This document shows, one piece after another, positions 13,642 through 26,189 of a DNA stretch of 64,000 nt. Origin of the DNA: an uncultured Chloroflexia bacterium (GTDB lineage: Bacteria > Chloroflexota > Limnocylindria > Limnocylindrales > CSP1-4); contig CAWHGL010000001.1 of assembly GCA_963828965.1 (NCBI GenBank), forward strand, positions 20,256 to 84,255, written 5' to 3'. The notes beneath the pieces were generated by a model. That model was given only the letters and a program-made list of their open reading frames with translations. It had not been told where the DNA came from and did no database searches. Positions within the stretch are counted from its first letter, which is position 1, and the number at the start of each line of letters is the position of its first letter. Made by a program: the position numbers and the translations under genes.

Positions 13642-14156
13642 ACGCGACCCCCGTCGACGCCGTCGCCGGTCCCCGCCACCGGGGCGGGCGTGGCGGCGCG
13701 GAAGCCATACCGGGCGCGCAGCTCGGCCTTGCGTCCTTCGTCGGCGGCGACGTACGTGCCGGTCGAGCGAGCGAGCTCCGTGCCGGTGGCGACGTCGACG
13801 ATCCGTCCGGCGGTCGCGATGACACGTCGACGCTGGTCGGTGATCCATCCATCCGCCCGCAGGGGCGTATCGAGCGGGACGGGCTTGCGGAACTCGACAC
13901 TCATCCGGGCCGTGACGCCCCAGTTGTCGGCGCCGGCCAGTGACCAGGCCATGACCTCGTCCAGCACCGTGCACAGGATGCCGCCGTGGGCGATCCCGTC
14001 CCAGCCCTGGAATCGCGGCTCCAGGGTCAGCTCCGTCCAGGCCCGGCTCGGCTCGACGTGCAGGACCAGCCCCATGCCCTGGGTGTTGAGCGTCCCGCAC
14101 GCGAAGCAGTGATGCGGCGCGACCTCGAACCGGGCGACGCCCGGGACGTCGATCAC
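13638..14156 (-). CDS. PaaI family hotdog thioesterase
   Basis: CFACGTLNTQG, FQGWDGIAHGGILCTVLDEVM, VEFRKPVP. Confidence 0.9.
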   Translation of the reverse strand: MIDVPGVARFEVAPHHCFACGTLNTQGMGLVLHVEPSRAWTELTLEPRFQGWDGIAHGGILCTVLDEVMAWSLAGADNWGVTARMSVEFRKPVPLDTPLRADGWITDQRRRVIATAGRIVDVATGTELARSTGTYVAADEGRKAELRARYGFRAATPAPVAGTGDGVDGGRV

Positions 14157-14163
14157 GCGGGCA

Positions 14164-16987
<2,824 letters not shown>

Positions 16988-16991
<4 letters not shown>

Positions 16992-17815
16992 GACAGCACC
17001 AGGGCTTCGGCGGGTGGCGTGGTCTCGAGCGGCGGTGTTGCCGCCAAGCCGCGACCGGCGCGTGCGCGGTGCTCGCGGGCCAGCTCGGCGTAGGCGATGG
17101 CGCCGCGCGAGTCGGGTGCATACCGGCTGATGGGCAGACCATGGCTCGGCGCCTCGGAGAGCCGCACGCTACGAGGCACGACGGTTTCGTAGACCTTCGT
17201 TCCGAGGTGACGGCGCGCCTCCGCCTCGACGTCAGCGGACAGGTTCGTGCGGGCGTCGGCCATGGTCAGCACGACGCCGTCGAGGGCGAGGCCGGGGTTG
17301 AGGTGATCACGGACGAGGTCGACGGTGGCAAGCAGTTGGGTCAGTCCTTCGAGCGCGTAGTACTCACATTGGAGCGGGACGAGCACCGCGTCGGCGGCGG
17401 TGAGCGCATTGACGGTCAGGAGCCCGAGTGACGGCGGGCTGTCGATGAAGATGACGTCGTAGGCCGGTACGACTGGTTCGAGGAGGCGGCGGAGACGGCG
17501 TTCCCGTGCATCGACGCCGGCGAGCTCGACCTCGGCCCCGGCGAGCGCGATCGACGCCGGGATGAGGTCCACGCCCGGTGCGGACGAACTGCCGATGAGG
17601 CTCCCGAGATCCTGCCCGTCGACGACCGCGTCGTAGACGGACCGTTCGAGCGTGCCGCGGTCGATGCCGAAGCCACTGGTGGCGTTCCCCTGGGGGTCGA
17701 GGTCGATGACCAGGACGCGGTCCCCGGCGATCGCGAGGTAACTCGCGAGGTTCACCACGGTCGTGGTCTTGCCGACGCCGCCCTTCTGGTTCGCGCAGGC
17801 GATCGTTTGGCCCAC
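16988..17815 (-). CDS. parA: Chromosome partitioning ATPase ParA/Soj
   Basis: ANQKGGVGKTTT, DLDPQGNATSG, QCEYYALEG, PRSVRLSEAPSHG. Confidence 0.96.
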
Positions 17816-17936
17816 TCAGTGGCCTGCTCGGTGCGCTCTCACGAGAATGGATTCTACCATCGCAAGCGGTCGGACCTCGTTCCGGCGTGGGCCCGAGCAT
17901 CGCATCGGCTCGCGTAGCTGCGACTCATCAGGGCGA

Positions 17937-17952
17937 TGTTTCACGTGAAACA
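17937..17952. promoter_or_regulatory. parS centromere-like site
   Basis: Perfect palindrome TGTTTCACGTGAAACA matching the universal parS consensus, about 120 bp upstream of parA. Confidence 0.95.
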
Positions 17953-18155
17953 GCCGCCGAGGCCGGTTTGCGACCTCGGCGCGATACGCCAGGCGCGTTA
18001 CGCGGACTGCCGGGGTCTCCATGACGGCCGTTGCCGCGTTCCGCTCTTCCATGGGATACTGCGCGCCAGACGTCGCCGCCGAATCCATCGTCTCGAGGAC
18101 CGGGCAGGGAGGGCGCGACCCTTTTGGCCGTTTCGCCGAGGATCCGACCCCTCCC

Positions 18156-18656
18156 ATGACCTTGTTGCTCGCTGCGGTCGGCGCGGTGGTGACGGCCCTG
18201 CTGGAACTGACCGTCGGTCCATATCTGCGGATCGGGGACGCGACGCCGAATCTGGTGCTCGTGTTCGCCGTCGTCGTGACGATCGCGGTCGGTCTGGAAG
18301 CCGGCCTGGTCTGGGCCTTCGTCGGCGGTCTTGCACTGGATGTCATCGCACAACGACCACTCGGCTCGTCGTCGTTCGCGCTCCTGCTCTGCGTCGGGGG
18401 TGCGTCGATCCTGGCCAGATCCTTCGCGCGACTGCGCCCGATCGTCCCGATCGGCGCGGTCTTCGTCCTCAGCATCGGGTATTCGATGATCCTGTTCGTC
18501 ACCTTCGGCGCCCTGGGCGCTCCGCTCCCGGTCGCCGATCCGCTGTCCACGGTGCTGCCCAGCGCGATCTATGACGCCGTCCTCGCCGCCATCGTCGGGC
18601 CGCTCGTGATCGCCGTGCACGATCGACGCATGGACCAGGAGCGGGTCGACTGGTGA
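18156..18656 (+). CDS. mreD: Rod shape-determining protein MreD
   Basis: Polytopic membrane protein with PNLVLV, AFVGGLALD, PLG motifs; overlaps the mrdA start. Confidence 0.88.
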   Translation: MTLLLAAVGAVVTALLELTVGPYLRIGDATPNLVLVFAVVVTIAVGLEAGLVWAFVGGLALDVIAQRPLGSSSFALLLCVGGASILARSFARLRPIVPIGAVFVLSIGYSMILFVTFGALGAPLPVADPLSTVLPSAIYDAVLAAIVGPLVIAVHDRRMDQERVDW

Positions 18657-20551
18657 ACACCTACCTCGACGGGCGTCGCGAACCGGTTCGGCGCCTGTCC
18701 CGGTTCATCGTGTTCGCGCTCATCGTCGTGCTCGGCGTCGGGACGCTGACCGCGCGACTGTTCTACCTGCAGGTCACCAACGGCACGCAGTACAAGGCAC
18801 TGTCGACCGCCAACCGGACCGTGCTCGAGCCCATCCCCGCGCCGCGGGGGCTGATCTACGACCGCGACGGCCGGCTGCTCGTCTCGAACGTGCCGACCTT
18901 CTCGGTCAAGCTCCGTCCGTCCGACCTGCCCGACCCGCAGCGCGACGCGGTCGTGACCCGCCTGGCCGCCCTGCTCAAGATGGATGCGGCGGTCATCAAC
19001 GCGACGATCGACGGCAACCCCGGTTCCGCGTTCGACCTCGTGCGCATCGCCCAGGACGTCGACCAATCGACCGCCAACCTCATCTCCGAGGCCGGCTTCG
19101 ACCTGCCCGGGGTCGAGGTGGCCGTCGAGGCGCGCCGCGAGTACACCGACGGGCCGCTCTATTCGCAGCTCCTCGGCTATACCGGGCCGGTCTCTGCCGA
19201 GCAGCTGCCCGACCTGCGCGACGTCGGCTACCAGCCCGACGATCTCATCGGCAAGGTCGGCATCGAGAAGGAATACGAGACGCAGCTGCGCGGCACGTAC
19301 GGTTCCCAGAGCGTGGAGCGCGATGCGACGGGCCGACGGACACAGGTCCTGCGGACTGTCAGCCAGGCGCAGCCGGGCGAGTCGCTGACGCTGACCATCG
19401 ACACCCAGGCCCAAAAGGACGCCGAGAAGGCGCTCCGCTGGGCGATGAAGAAGATCGGCATGACCCGCGGGGTCGTGATCGCGATGAACCCGCAGAACGG
19501 CCAGATCCTGGCCATGGTCAGCCTGCCGACCTACGACAACAACCTCTTCTCACGCGGCATCAGCGCATCGGCCTACTCGAAGCTGCTCAAGGACAAGGAC
19601 AAGCCGCTCATCAATCACGCCGTCCAGGCGCACTACGCCCCGGGTTCCACGTACAAGCTCGTGACGGGCACGGGTGGGCTCGGCGACCGGAAGATCACCG
19701 CGTCGACGCGGGTCCGCACGAAGGGCTACCTCACGCTCGGCGGGACGAAGTTCTACGAGTGGAACCACCGCGGCTGGGGCCCTTGCAACATCTACTGCGG
19801 CTTCGGCCATTCGAGCGACACGTTCTTCTACCAGGTGGCCGGCATGCTCGGCAGCGACCGGCTCGGCTACTGGGCCGATCAGTACGGCTTCGGCGCCCCG
19901 ACCGGGATCGATCTGCCCGGAGAGGTGTCGGGCATCGTCCCGACCAACGAATGGAAGCAGGACGCGCTCGGCGCACCGATGTTCGCCGGCGAGACCTATC
20001 AGGCTGGCATCGGCCAGGGCTATGACGCGGTCACGCCTATCCAGCTCATCAACGCGTACGCCGCGCTGGCCAACGGCGGCACGCTCTACGAGCCGCAGGT
20101 CGTGAAGGACATCACCGGGCCGGATGGTTCCGTGGTCCGTGCCTTCAAGCCGCGCGTCCTGCACAAGCTGAAGGTCAAGAAGAGCGTCCTGCGGACGATG
20201 CGCAACGCGGCGCGCAACACGGTCCTGCTGCGCCACACCTACAACCTCGTCGACCTGCCCATCAAGATCGCCGGCAAGTCCGGCACGGCGGAGTTCGGGT
20301 CCCCAGACGCCAAGGGCCGCCTGCCGTATTCGTCCTGGTTCGTCGGCTTCACGCCGGGCGACCCGGTCCACGGCTCGTTCGACGACACGGACTCGAAGCT
20401 GGTCGTGCTGGCGTTCGCCTACGACTCGCGGACCGTCGGCAACGCGGCGACCGAGATCGTGAAGTACTTCATGCAGCTCCACTACGACATCAAGAAGGAC
20501 TACCGCCTTCCCGAGCTGCTCCGGCGCGGCAACTTCTATTCGAACGACTGA
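18653..20551 (+). CDS. mrdA: Penicillin-binding protein 2 (class B PBP)
   Basis: RLFYLQV, PAPRGLIYDRDG, SxxK (GSTYK), SxD (SSDTFFY), KSGTAE. Confidence 0.95.
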   Translation: MNTYLDGRREPVRRLSRFIVFALIVVLGVGTLTARLFYLQVTNGTQYKALSTANRTVLEPIPAPRGLIYDRDGRLLVSNVPTFSVKLRPSDLPDPQRDAVVTRLAALLKMDAAVINATIDGNPGSAFDLVRIAQDVDQSTANLISEAGFDLPGVEVAVEARREYTDGPLYSQLLGYTGPVSAEQLPDLRDVGYQPDDLIGKVGIEKEYETQLRGTYGSQSVERDATGRRTQVLRTVSQAQPGESLTLTIDTQAQKDAEKALRWAMKKIGMTRGVVIAMNPQNGQILAMVSLPTYDNNLFSRGISASAYSKLLKDKDKPLINHAVQAHYAPGSTYKLVTGTGGLGDRKITASTRVRTKGYLTLGGTKFYEWNHRGWGPCNIYCGFGHSSDTFFYQVAGMLGSDRLGYWADQYGFGAPTGIDLPGEVSGIVPTNEWKQDALGAPMFAGETYQAGIGQGYDAVTPIQLINAYAALANGGTLYEPQVVKDITGPDGSVVRAFKPRVLHKLKVKKSVLRTMRNAARNTVLLRHTYNLVDLPIKIAGKSGTAEFGSPDAKGRLPYSSWFVGFTPGDPVHGSFDDTDSKLVVLAFAYDSRTVGNAATEIVKYFMQLHYDIKKDYRLPELLRRGNFYSND

Positions 20552-21711
20552 TGGGCGTCATCCGAGCCGAGCCGGTCCGCGTCACCGATTGGGCAGCCAA
20601 GTCGGTCGGGGCAGCCTGGCGCGCGTTCGACCTGCAGCTCGCCGTGTACGCGGTCCTGCTGGCGGCGACCGGCCTGGCCATGGCCTACACCAACAGCGTG
20701 GAGAGCGGTAGCACCCCGCTCGATGCCGGGACGACCTTCACCCGCGGTCTGATGTGGGCGGGCATCGCCGCGGTGACCTTCATCCTTGCGACCGCCTTCG
20801 ACTACCACTGGTTCAAGACGCTGGCGTGGCCGGTCTACGCGCTCCAGCTCGGCATCCTCGTCCTGACGCTGGCCATCGGCAGCGGCGTCGGCGGGTCCGC
20901 CCGCTGGATCAGCGTCGGGCCGTTCACGTTCCAGTTCAGCGAGCTCGCCAAGATCCTCATGATCATCGTCCTGGCCAACTACCTGGCGAGCCGCGAGGGC
21001 CGTCTGGATTCGCTCGGGGCGATCCTGGGCGCGTGCCTCCTGGTCGGTCCGCCGCTCGTCCTGGTCATGCTCCAGCCCGACCTCGGGACATCGCTCGTCT
21101 TCGCCGGGATCCTGGCCGGGATGCTCTGGATGTCCGGGGCCAGTCTGCGCTGGCTGCTCGCGCTGGCGGCCGGGGTCGTCGCGATGGTGCCGATCGCCTG
21201 GACCTACATCCTGCGCGACTATCAAAAGGAACGGCTGACCTCGTTCCTGTCCGCGGACAAGGACCTGCAGGGCGCCGGCTACCAGCTCTACCAGTCGCAG
21301 ATCGCGATCGGCTCGGGTGGGTGGATGGGCAAGGGCCTGACCAACGGGACGCAGGCCCAGGGCGACTTCCTGCCGGTCCAGGCCACCGACTTCGTATTCG
21401 CGATCCTGGCCGAGGAGCTGGGCTTCATCGGGGCGATGGTCCTGTTCGGGCTGTTCGTGCTGCTCATCTGGCGGATCCTCGTCGCCGGCTGGCGGTCGCG
21501 CGACCCGTTCGGCACGATGTTCGCGGCCGGGATGGCCTCGATGGTCCTGTTCCAGCTCGTGGTCAACGTCGGGATGGTCATGGGGATCATGCCGATCACC
21601 GGCATCCCGCTGCCGTTCGTGACCCACGGCGGCGCCTCACTGGTGAGCATGGCGCTCGGCCTGGGCATCCTCCAATCGATCAACATCCGCCAGAACCGAG
21701 CGGAGTGGTGA
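20551..21711 (+). CDS. rodA: SEDS family peptidoglycan glycosyltransferase RodA
   Basis: QFSELAK, LQPDLGT, QSQIAIGSGG, TDFVFAILAEELGF, PITGIPLPF; directly follows mrdA. Confidence 0.95.
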   Translation: MGVIRAEPVRVTDWAAKSVGAAWRAFDLQLAVYAVLLAATGLAMAYTNSVESGSTPLDAGTTFTRGLMWAGIAAVTFILATAFDYHWFKTLAWPVYALQLGILVLTLAIGSGVGGSARWISVGPFTFQFSELAKILMIIVLANYLASREGRLDSLGAILGACLLVGPPLVLVMLQPDLGTSLVFAGILAGMLWMSGASLRWLLALAAGVVAMVPIAWTYILRDYQKERLTSFLSADKDLQGAGYQLYQSQIAIGSGGWMGKGLTNGTQAQGDFLPVQATDFVFAILAEELGFIGAMVLFGLFVLLIWRILVAGWRSRDPFGTMFAAGMASMVLFQLVVNVGMVMGIMPITGIPLPFVTHGGASLVSMALGLGILQSINIRQNRAEW

Positions 21712-21759
21712 CGCGCCCGGTCGTGTCCCGCGCTACGCACCGGTCCACTCGGCCAGGCG

Positions 21760-22476
21760 CTAGCGCCGGCGGAATAGCCCGCGTCGGTCGCTCGCCTCGG
21801 CCGGTGCCGAGCGTCGCCGGCCGGTCTTGCGCAGGATCACGTCGATCTCGTCGCGGTACGGGCGTCCGATGGGCATCCGGTCGAGCCATTCGACGAACTC
21901 GAGGTCGGACCGGGCGATCTCGCCGAGCGACCACCCGGCGTAGCGCCCGAAGGTCAGGACGCTCCCCGAGGGATGGCCGGGCGGTGGACCGGCCGCGCCC
22001 GTCCCGTCGCTGGTCCGCATCGAGGGCTCGTAGCCACCCCCGACCGACGAGCGACCGCTCGTCCAGTCGCGCGAGACGTGCTCGGGCTCGCGTGGCTTCG
22101 CTGGCGGGGGCGGTGCGGGTCGGGCGCCGGTGCTCGAGGGCGGCGACGTCGGCGGTCGATGGCTCGACGGCGCGGCCGCTGGGCTCGCCGGGCGACTGGC
22201 GGTCGTCCCGGCGCCCGCGGCTCCGGTTCCCGCTCCTCCGGCGCCCGGCGTCCTGGCCCGGATGGCCCGTTCGAGGTCATAGGCGCTCCGCTTGGCCGGG
22301 GTGCCGATGAGCGCGAATGCGGCGTTGATGGCCGCCATCCTGGCCGCGGCATCGTCTCCAGACGCGACGTCCGGGTGGTACTTGCGTGCGAGCCGCCGAT
22401 AGGCCGCGACGATGACCTCGTCCTCCGCCTCGTGGTCGACCTGGAGGGTCTTGTAGGCGTCGGCGGGCTCGCTCAT
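21760..22476 (-). CDS. J-domain (DnaJ-like) protein with C-terminal FGRY-type small domain
   Basis: YKTLQV...AYRRLARKYHPD; Pro/Ala linker; C-terminal LTFGRYAGWSLGEIARSDLEFVEWL. Confidence 0.88.
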   Translation of the reverse strand: MSEPADAYKTLQVDHEAEDEVIVAAYRRLARKYHPDVASGDDAAARMAAINAAFALIGTPAKRSAYDLERAIRARTPGAGGAGTGAAGAGTTASRPASPAAAPSSHRPPTSPPSSTGARPAPPPPAKPREPEHVSRDWTSGRSSVGGGYEPSMRTSDGTGAAGPPPGHPSGSVLTFGRYAGWSLGEIARSDLEFVEWLDRMPIGRPYRDEIDVILRKTGRRRSAPAEASDRRGLFRRR

Positions 22477-23861
22477 CCGACGGGGCTCCCGTCCGGGACG
22501 TCGACGACCGGCCGCTGGCCCGGCAGCCCCGGATGGCGCTCCAGCCCGAGGCCGTGGATCGAGTCGACGAGCGCTTCGGGGGCGTCCGGGCTGAGGCGGC
22601 GGAAGAGATAGCGAACGACGTCACGGAAGGCGGCCAGGATGGGCAGCGCGAGGATCGCCCCGATGAGGCCGGCCAAGGCACCGCCGATGACGATCGCGAA
22701 GACGACCGCCGCCGGATGGAGCTCGACGGCGTCGCCCTGGATCTTGGGCACGAGGAAGTTGTTCTCGACCTGCTGGATCATGGTGTACAGGATCAGCGCC
22801 GCGACGACCGACTCGATGCCCGCGGTCGCCGCCAGCAGCACGGCCGGGATCGCCGAGATGATCGGTCCGATGATCGGGACGAGCTCGAGGATGCCGGCGA
22901 TGACCGACAGCAGGACGGCGTAGCGGCCGAACACCGGGTTCACGACGACGCTCAGGACCATCAACCCGACGAACGTCGCGATGCCGACGGCCAGGCCGAG
23001 GATGAGCTGGCCGCGGACCCATTGGCCGAACACCCGCTCGACGAGCCGCACGACGGCCCACACGTCGAACCGCCAGGTCTTCGGCAGGGCCTCGTCGAAC
23101 TGCGCGGTGAGCGAGACGCGGTCCTTGAGCAGGTAGAACACCCAGACGGGCAGGATGACGTAGCCGAAGATCGCGCCGAGGAAGCTCCCGGCGCCGGTGA
23201 TCAGGGGCAGCAGCGCGGACGGGTCGAAGGCCGGCCCCCCGGACCCGCCCTGGGCGGTGCCCGCGACGGCCGCATCGATCCACTCGCGGATGGCCGACGG
23301 GATCTGGAGCCGCGCGTAGAACTCGCTGAGGCGGTCGAGCTGGCCCTGGAACTGGACGACCAGCGCGGGGAAGTCCTCGATGAACTGGATGAGCTCGTTG
23401 ATGAGCGGGGTCAGCGTCAGGTTGAGGAACTCGATGAAGGCGAGGAACGCGGTGATGTAGACGATGGCGATGGCGAAGGTCCGTCGCACGCCGCGTCGGG
23501 CCAGCCAGCGGACCGGTGGGTCCAGGAGGTACACGAGCAGCAGGCCGAGCACGAACGGGCGGACGCTGTCGCGGGCCATCCAGAGCAGCAGGCCGATGAC
23601 GATCGCCGCCCCGATGAGCAGCGCCACGCGCGGGGACAGATGGGCGAAGCGCGGATCGGTCGGCGGCGACGCGGGGTCGACGAACGGCGGTGGCGGCAGG
23701 TCCGCGACCCAGGCCGCGGTCGCGGCTTCGGCCGTGAGGGCCGGTCCGGCGGCGGCTGCTGCCGTGAGGCCCGGTCCGGACGCGGGGGTGGCGCCTCCGG
23801 TCGTGGCTGACGCACCGGCCGCGGGTGGACCAGCGGGCTTCGACCGGTCGGGCTCGTCCAT
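22473..23861 (-). CDS. AI-2E (PerM/UPF0118) family transporter
   Basis: PFVLGLLLVYLLDPPV, WVRGQLIL, ELVPIIGP, QQVENNFLVPKIQG, LHP. Confidence 0.92.
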   Translation of the reverse strand: MDEPDRSKPAGPPAAGASATTGGATPASGPGLTAAAAAGPALTAEAATAAWVADLPPPPFVDPASPPTDPRFAHLSPRVALLIGAAIVIGLLLWMARDSVRPFVLGLLLVYLLDPPVRWLARRGVRRTFAIAIVYITAFLAFIEFLNLTLTPLINELIQFIEDFPALVVQFQGQLDRLSEFYARLQIPSAIREWIDAAVAGTAQGGSGGPAFDPSALLPLITGAGSFLGAIFGYVILPVWVFYLLKDRVSLTAQFDEALPKTWRFDVWAVVRLVERVFGQWVRGQLILGLAVGIATFVGLMVLSVVVNPVFGRYAVLLSVIAGILELVPIIGPIISAIPAVLLAATAGIESVVAALILYTMIQQVENNFLVPKIQGDAVELHPAAVVFAIVIGGALAGLIGAILALPILAAFRDVVRYLFRRLSPDAPEALVDSIHGLGLERHPGLPGQRPVVDVPDGSPVG

Positions 23862-23881
23862 CGTCGGGCAGACTACCAGAG

Positions 23882-24673
23882 GTGCACGACCAGCCGACCG
23901 CCGACCCGCCCCCCAGCGCGGCGCCTGACGACCCCGTTACGCCGCCGGTCGAGGCTGCCAGCGAGCCGCCCGTCGCGCGCCAGCGCTGGCGACTCGTGCT
24001 CGCGCGTGGCGCCGATGCTCCGCCCCTCGCCCAGCGCGAGCTCGCCGAGGCGTGGGAGGGCGCGATCCGTGCCGCCGGTCTGCCCGTGGCGTGGAGCGAC
24101 GGGTCGAGTCCGCGGCCGCGGATCTCGTTCGGTGCCCCGCTGCCGGTCGGCATGGCCGCGGACGGCGAGCTCGTCGACGTCGTGCTGACCGAGCGCTGGC
24201 CGGTGTGGCGGGTCCGCGAAGCGCTGGTGCCGGTGCTGCCCGCGGGCTGGCGGCTGGTCGACCTGCAGGACGTCTGGCTGGCCGGCCCGCCATTGGCCGG
24301 GCGCGTGGCGGCCGCCGACTATCGGATCGTGCTTGGCGGCGAGCCCGACGTCGCGGCCCTCCGCGCGGCCGCGGCTGAACTGTTGGAGGCGCCGCGGATC
24401 CCGCGCGAGCGTCCCAAGGGCAATGGCGTCGTCGCCTACGACCTGCGGCCACTCGTGATCGACCTCGCGGTGGCCGACGCCGGTCCGCCCGCGGTCCTGG
24501 TCACCCGGACGCGGTTCCACCCGGAGCTCGGGACCGGCCGGCCGGAGGCGGTCGTCGCGGCGCTCGCGGACCTTGCCCGTATGCCGCTCGAGCCCGTGGC
24601 GATCGTCCGCGAGCGGCTGCTGCTCGCCGACGAGCTCGATACCCCACGCGCGGATCGACCCATCCTCGATTGA
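23882..24673 (+). CDS. DUF2344 / TIGR03936 radical-SAM-linked protein (start uncertain)
   Basis: WEGAIRAAGLPVAWSDG..PRPRISFGAPLPVGM..GE, YDLRP, TGRPE. Confidence 0.8.
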   Translation: MHDQPTADPPPSAAPDDPVTPPVEAASEPPVARQRWRLVLARGADAPPLAQRELAEAWEGAIRAAGLPVAWSDGSSPRPRISFGAPLPVGMAADGELVDVVLTERWPVWRVREALVPVLPAGWRLVDLQDVWLAGPPLAGRVAAADYRIVLGGEPDVAALRAAAAELLEAPRIPRERPKGNGVVAYDLRPLVIDLAVADAGPPAVLVTRTRFHPELGTGRPEAVVAALADLARMPLEPVAIVRERLLLADELDTPRADRPILD

Positions 24674-24802
24674 CCGACGCGGCCATCTCGCCGTACACTC
24701 CACCGTCCGCGCCCCGGCCGATGCCGGGCGTCATCCCATGTCCCACAGCCCGATCGCCACGCGCGTCGCCCGCGGTCGCCACACGAAACTCCGGAAGGGT
24801 CC

Positions 24803-25519
24803 ATGTACGCAGTCATCGAGACCGGCGGGAAGCAATACCGCGTCGAAGTCGGCACCGAGTTCGCGGTCGAGCTCCTCGACGTCGAGCCCGGCAAGACCGT
24901 CACCCTGGAACGCGTCCTGCTGGTCGCCGACGGCGATGACGCGACGATCGGCCAGCCCGTCGTCGAAGGTGCCGCCGTCAGCGCCGAGGTCGTCCGTCAG
25001 GCGCGCGGCGAGAAGCTCATCGCCTTCAAGTACCGCCCCAAGGCCCGCAGCCGGGTCAAGAAGGGCCATCGCCAGGAGCTGACGATCCTGCGCATCAACG
25101 ACATCACGTTCGGCGGCAAGTCCGCGGCCAAGACGGCGGCGAAGGCCGACTCGGACGCCAAGACCGAGCGCCAGCGTCTCGAGGAGGCCGCCGCCGCGCA
25201 GGCCGCCAAGGACGCCGAGCTCGCGGCCAAGTTGGCGGCGCCGGCCAAGACGACCAAGGCGACCACCGCCAAGGCGACCCCGGCCAAGGCGACGGCGACG
25301 AAGACCGCCAAGACCGAGAAGGCCGAGAAGGCCGAGAAGGCCGAGGCCGCGCCGGCGAAGACGACCAAGGCGGAGGCCAAGCCGGCCGCCGCCAAGGCCG
25401 AGGCCAAGCCGGCCGCGAAGAAGACGACGACCAAGGCGAAGGCCGCGGACGCCGCCGACGAGGCGACCGACGCGCCGAAGAAGAGCGCGCCGAAGCGCGC
25501 CACCAAGAAGGACGAGTAG
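24803..25519 (+). CDS. rplU: 50S ribosomal protein L21 with long Ala/Lys-rich C-terminal tail
   Basis: [14 protein letters not shown]...KKGHRQELT. Confidence 0.97.
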   Translation: MYAVIETGGKQYRVEVGTEFAVELLDVEPGKTVTLERVLLVADGDDATIGQPVVEGAAVSAEVVRQARGEKLIAFKYRPKARSRVKKGHRQELTILRINDITFGGKSAAKTAAKADSDAKTERQRLEEAAAAQAAKDAELAAKLAAPAKTTKATTAKATPAKATATKTAKTEKAEKAEKAEAAPAKTTKAEAKPAAAKAEAKPAAKKTTTKAKAADAADEATDAPKKSAPKRATKKDE

Positions 25520-25524
25520 ACGAC

Positions 25525-25800
25525 ATGGCCCACAAGAAGGCAGGCGGCAGCGTCAAGAACGGCCGCGACAGCGTCGGCCAGCGCCTGGGCGTGAAGGCCG
25601 GCGACGGCCAGCTCGTCCCGGCCGGCTCGATCATCGTCCGCCAGCGCGGCATGACCTTCCTCGCCGGCCCCGGCACGGGTCTCGGCAGGGATTACACGGT
25701 CTTCGCGACCGTGACCGGCAAGGTCCATTTCGAACACGCCACCAAGAACAAGAAGCGCATCCGGGTCGAGGCGGTCGAGACCGCCGCGGCGACCGCCTGA
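25525..25800 (+). CDS. rpmA: 50S ribosomal protein L27 (short form, no N-terminal propeptide)
   Basis: [29 protein letters not shown]. Confidence 0.98.
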   Translation: MAHKKAGGSVKNGRDSVGQRLGVKAGDGQLVPAGSIIVRQRGMTFLAGPGTGLGRDYTVFATVTGKVHFEHATKNKKRIRVEAVETAAATA

Positions 25801-25884
25801 CCGCGGCCTGACCCACCGGACGTAGCCGGCGATCACCGGCGGGGCGATGTCCCCGCACGGACGACGTCGGAGGAGAGCAACACC

Positions 25885-26097
25885 GTGAAGCCGGACATCC
25901 ATCCCAAGTATTACGAAGCCAAGGTCCATTGCGGCTCGTGCGGCCGCGAGTGGACCGTCGGGTCCACCCGGCCCGAGCTGCGCGTCGATGTGTGCAGCAA
26001 CTGCCATCCGTTCTTCACGGGCACGCAGAACATCATCGACACGGCCGGCCAGGTCGAGCGCTTCCAGAAGCGCCTGGAGCGCCAGGCCCGCACCTAG
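25885..26097 (+). CDS. rpmE: 50S ribosomal protein L31 (Zn-binding C+ form)
   Basis: MKPDIHPKY..CGSCG..VCSNCHPFFTG; GGAGAG SD. Confidence 0.98.
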   Translation: MKPDIHPKYYEAKVHCGSCGREWTVGSTRPELRVDVCSNCHPFFTGTQNIIDTAGQVERFQKRLERQART

Positions 26098-26119
26098 CCA
26101 GCGCGATCACGCCATCGAT

Positions 26120-26146
26120 GACGACCGGCCCGACGGGCCGGTCGTC
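26120..26146 (+). terminator. Hairpin terminator after rpmE
   Basis: 12-bp stem GACGACCGGCCC-GAC-GGGCCGGTCGTC; weak U-tract. Confidence 0.6.
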
Positions 26147-26176
26147 GTGATTCCGGCCGCTGCTCGCCGGGGCCGG

Positions 26177-26182
26177 TAGACT
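26177..26182 (+). promoter_or_regulatory. -10 element TAGACT 7 nt before the DUF1385 ATG (leaderless-type promoter)
   Basis: TAGACT-tgccgcg-ATG; no SD. Confidence 0.55.
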
Positions 26183-26189
26183 TGCCGCG

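Noticed and set aside
17816-18155. oriC at the strand switch
   Set aside because: No TTATCCACA DnaA boxes, no AT-rich unwinding element and no dnaA gene; only parS is supported.
19810-19830. SxD instead of SxN in PBP2
   Set aside because: SxD is normal for MrdA/PBP2, as in E. coli.
25525-25800. Missing prp between rplU and rpmA
   Set aside because: L27 is the short MAHKK form that needs no Prp processing.
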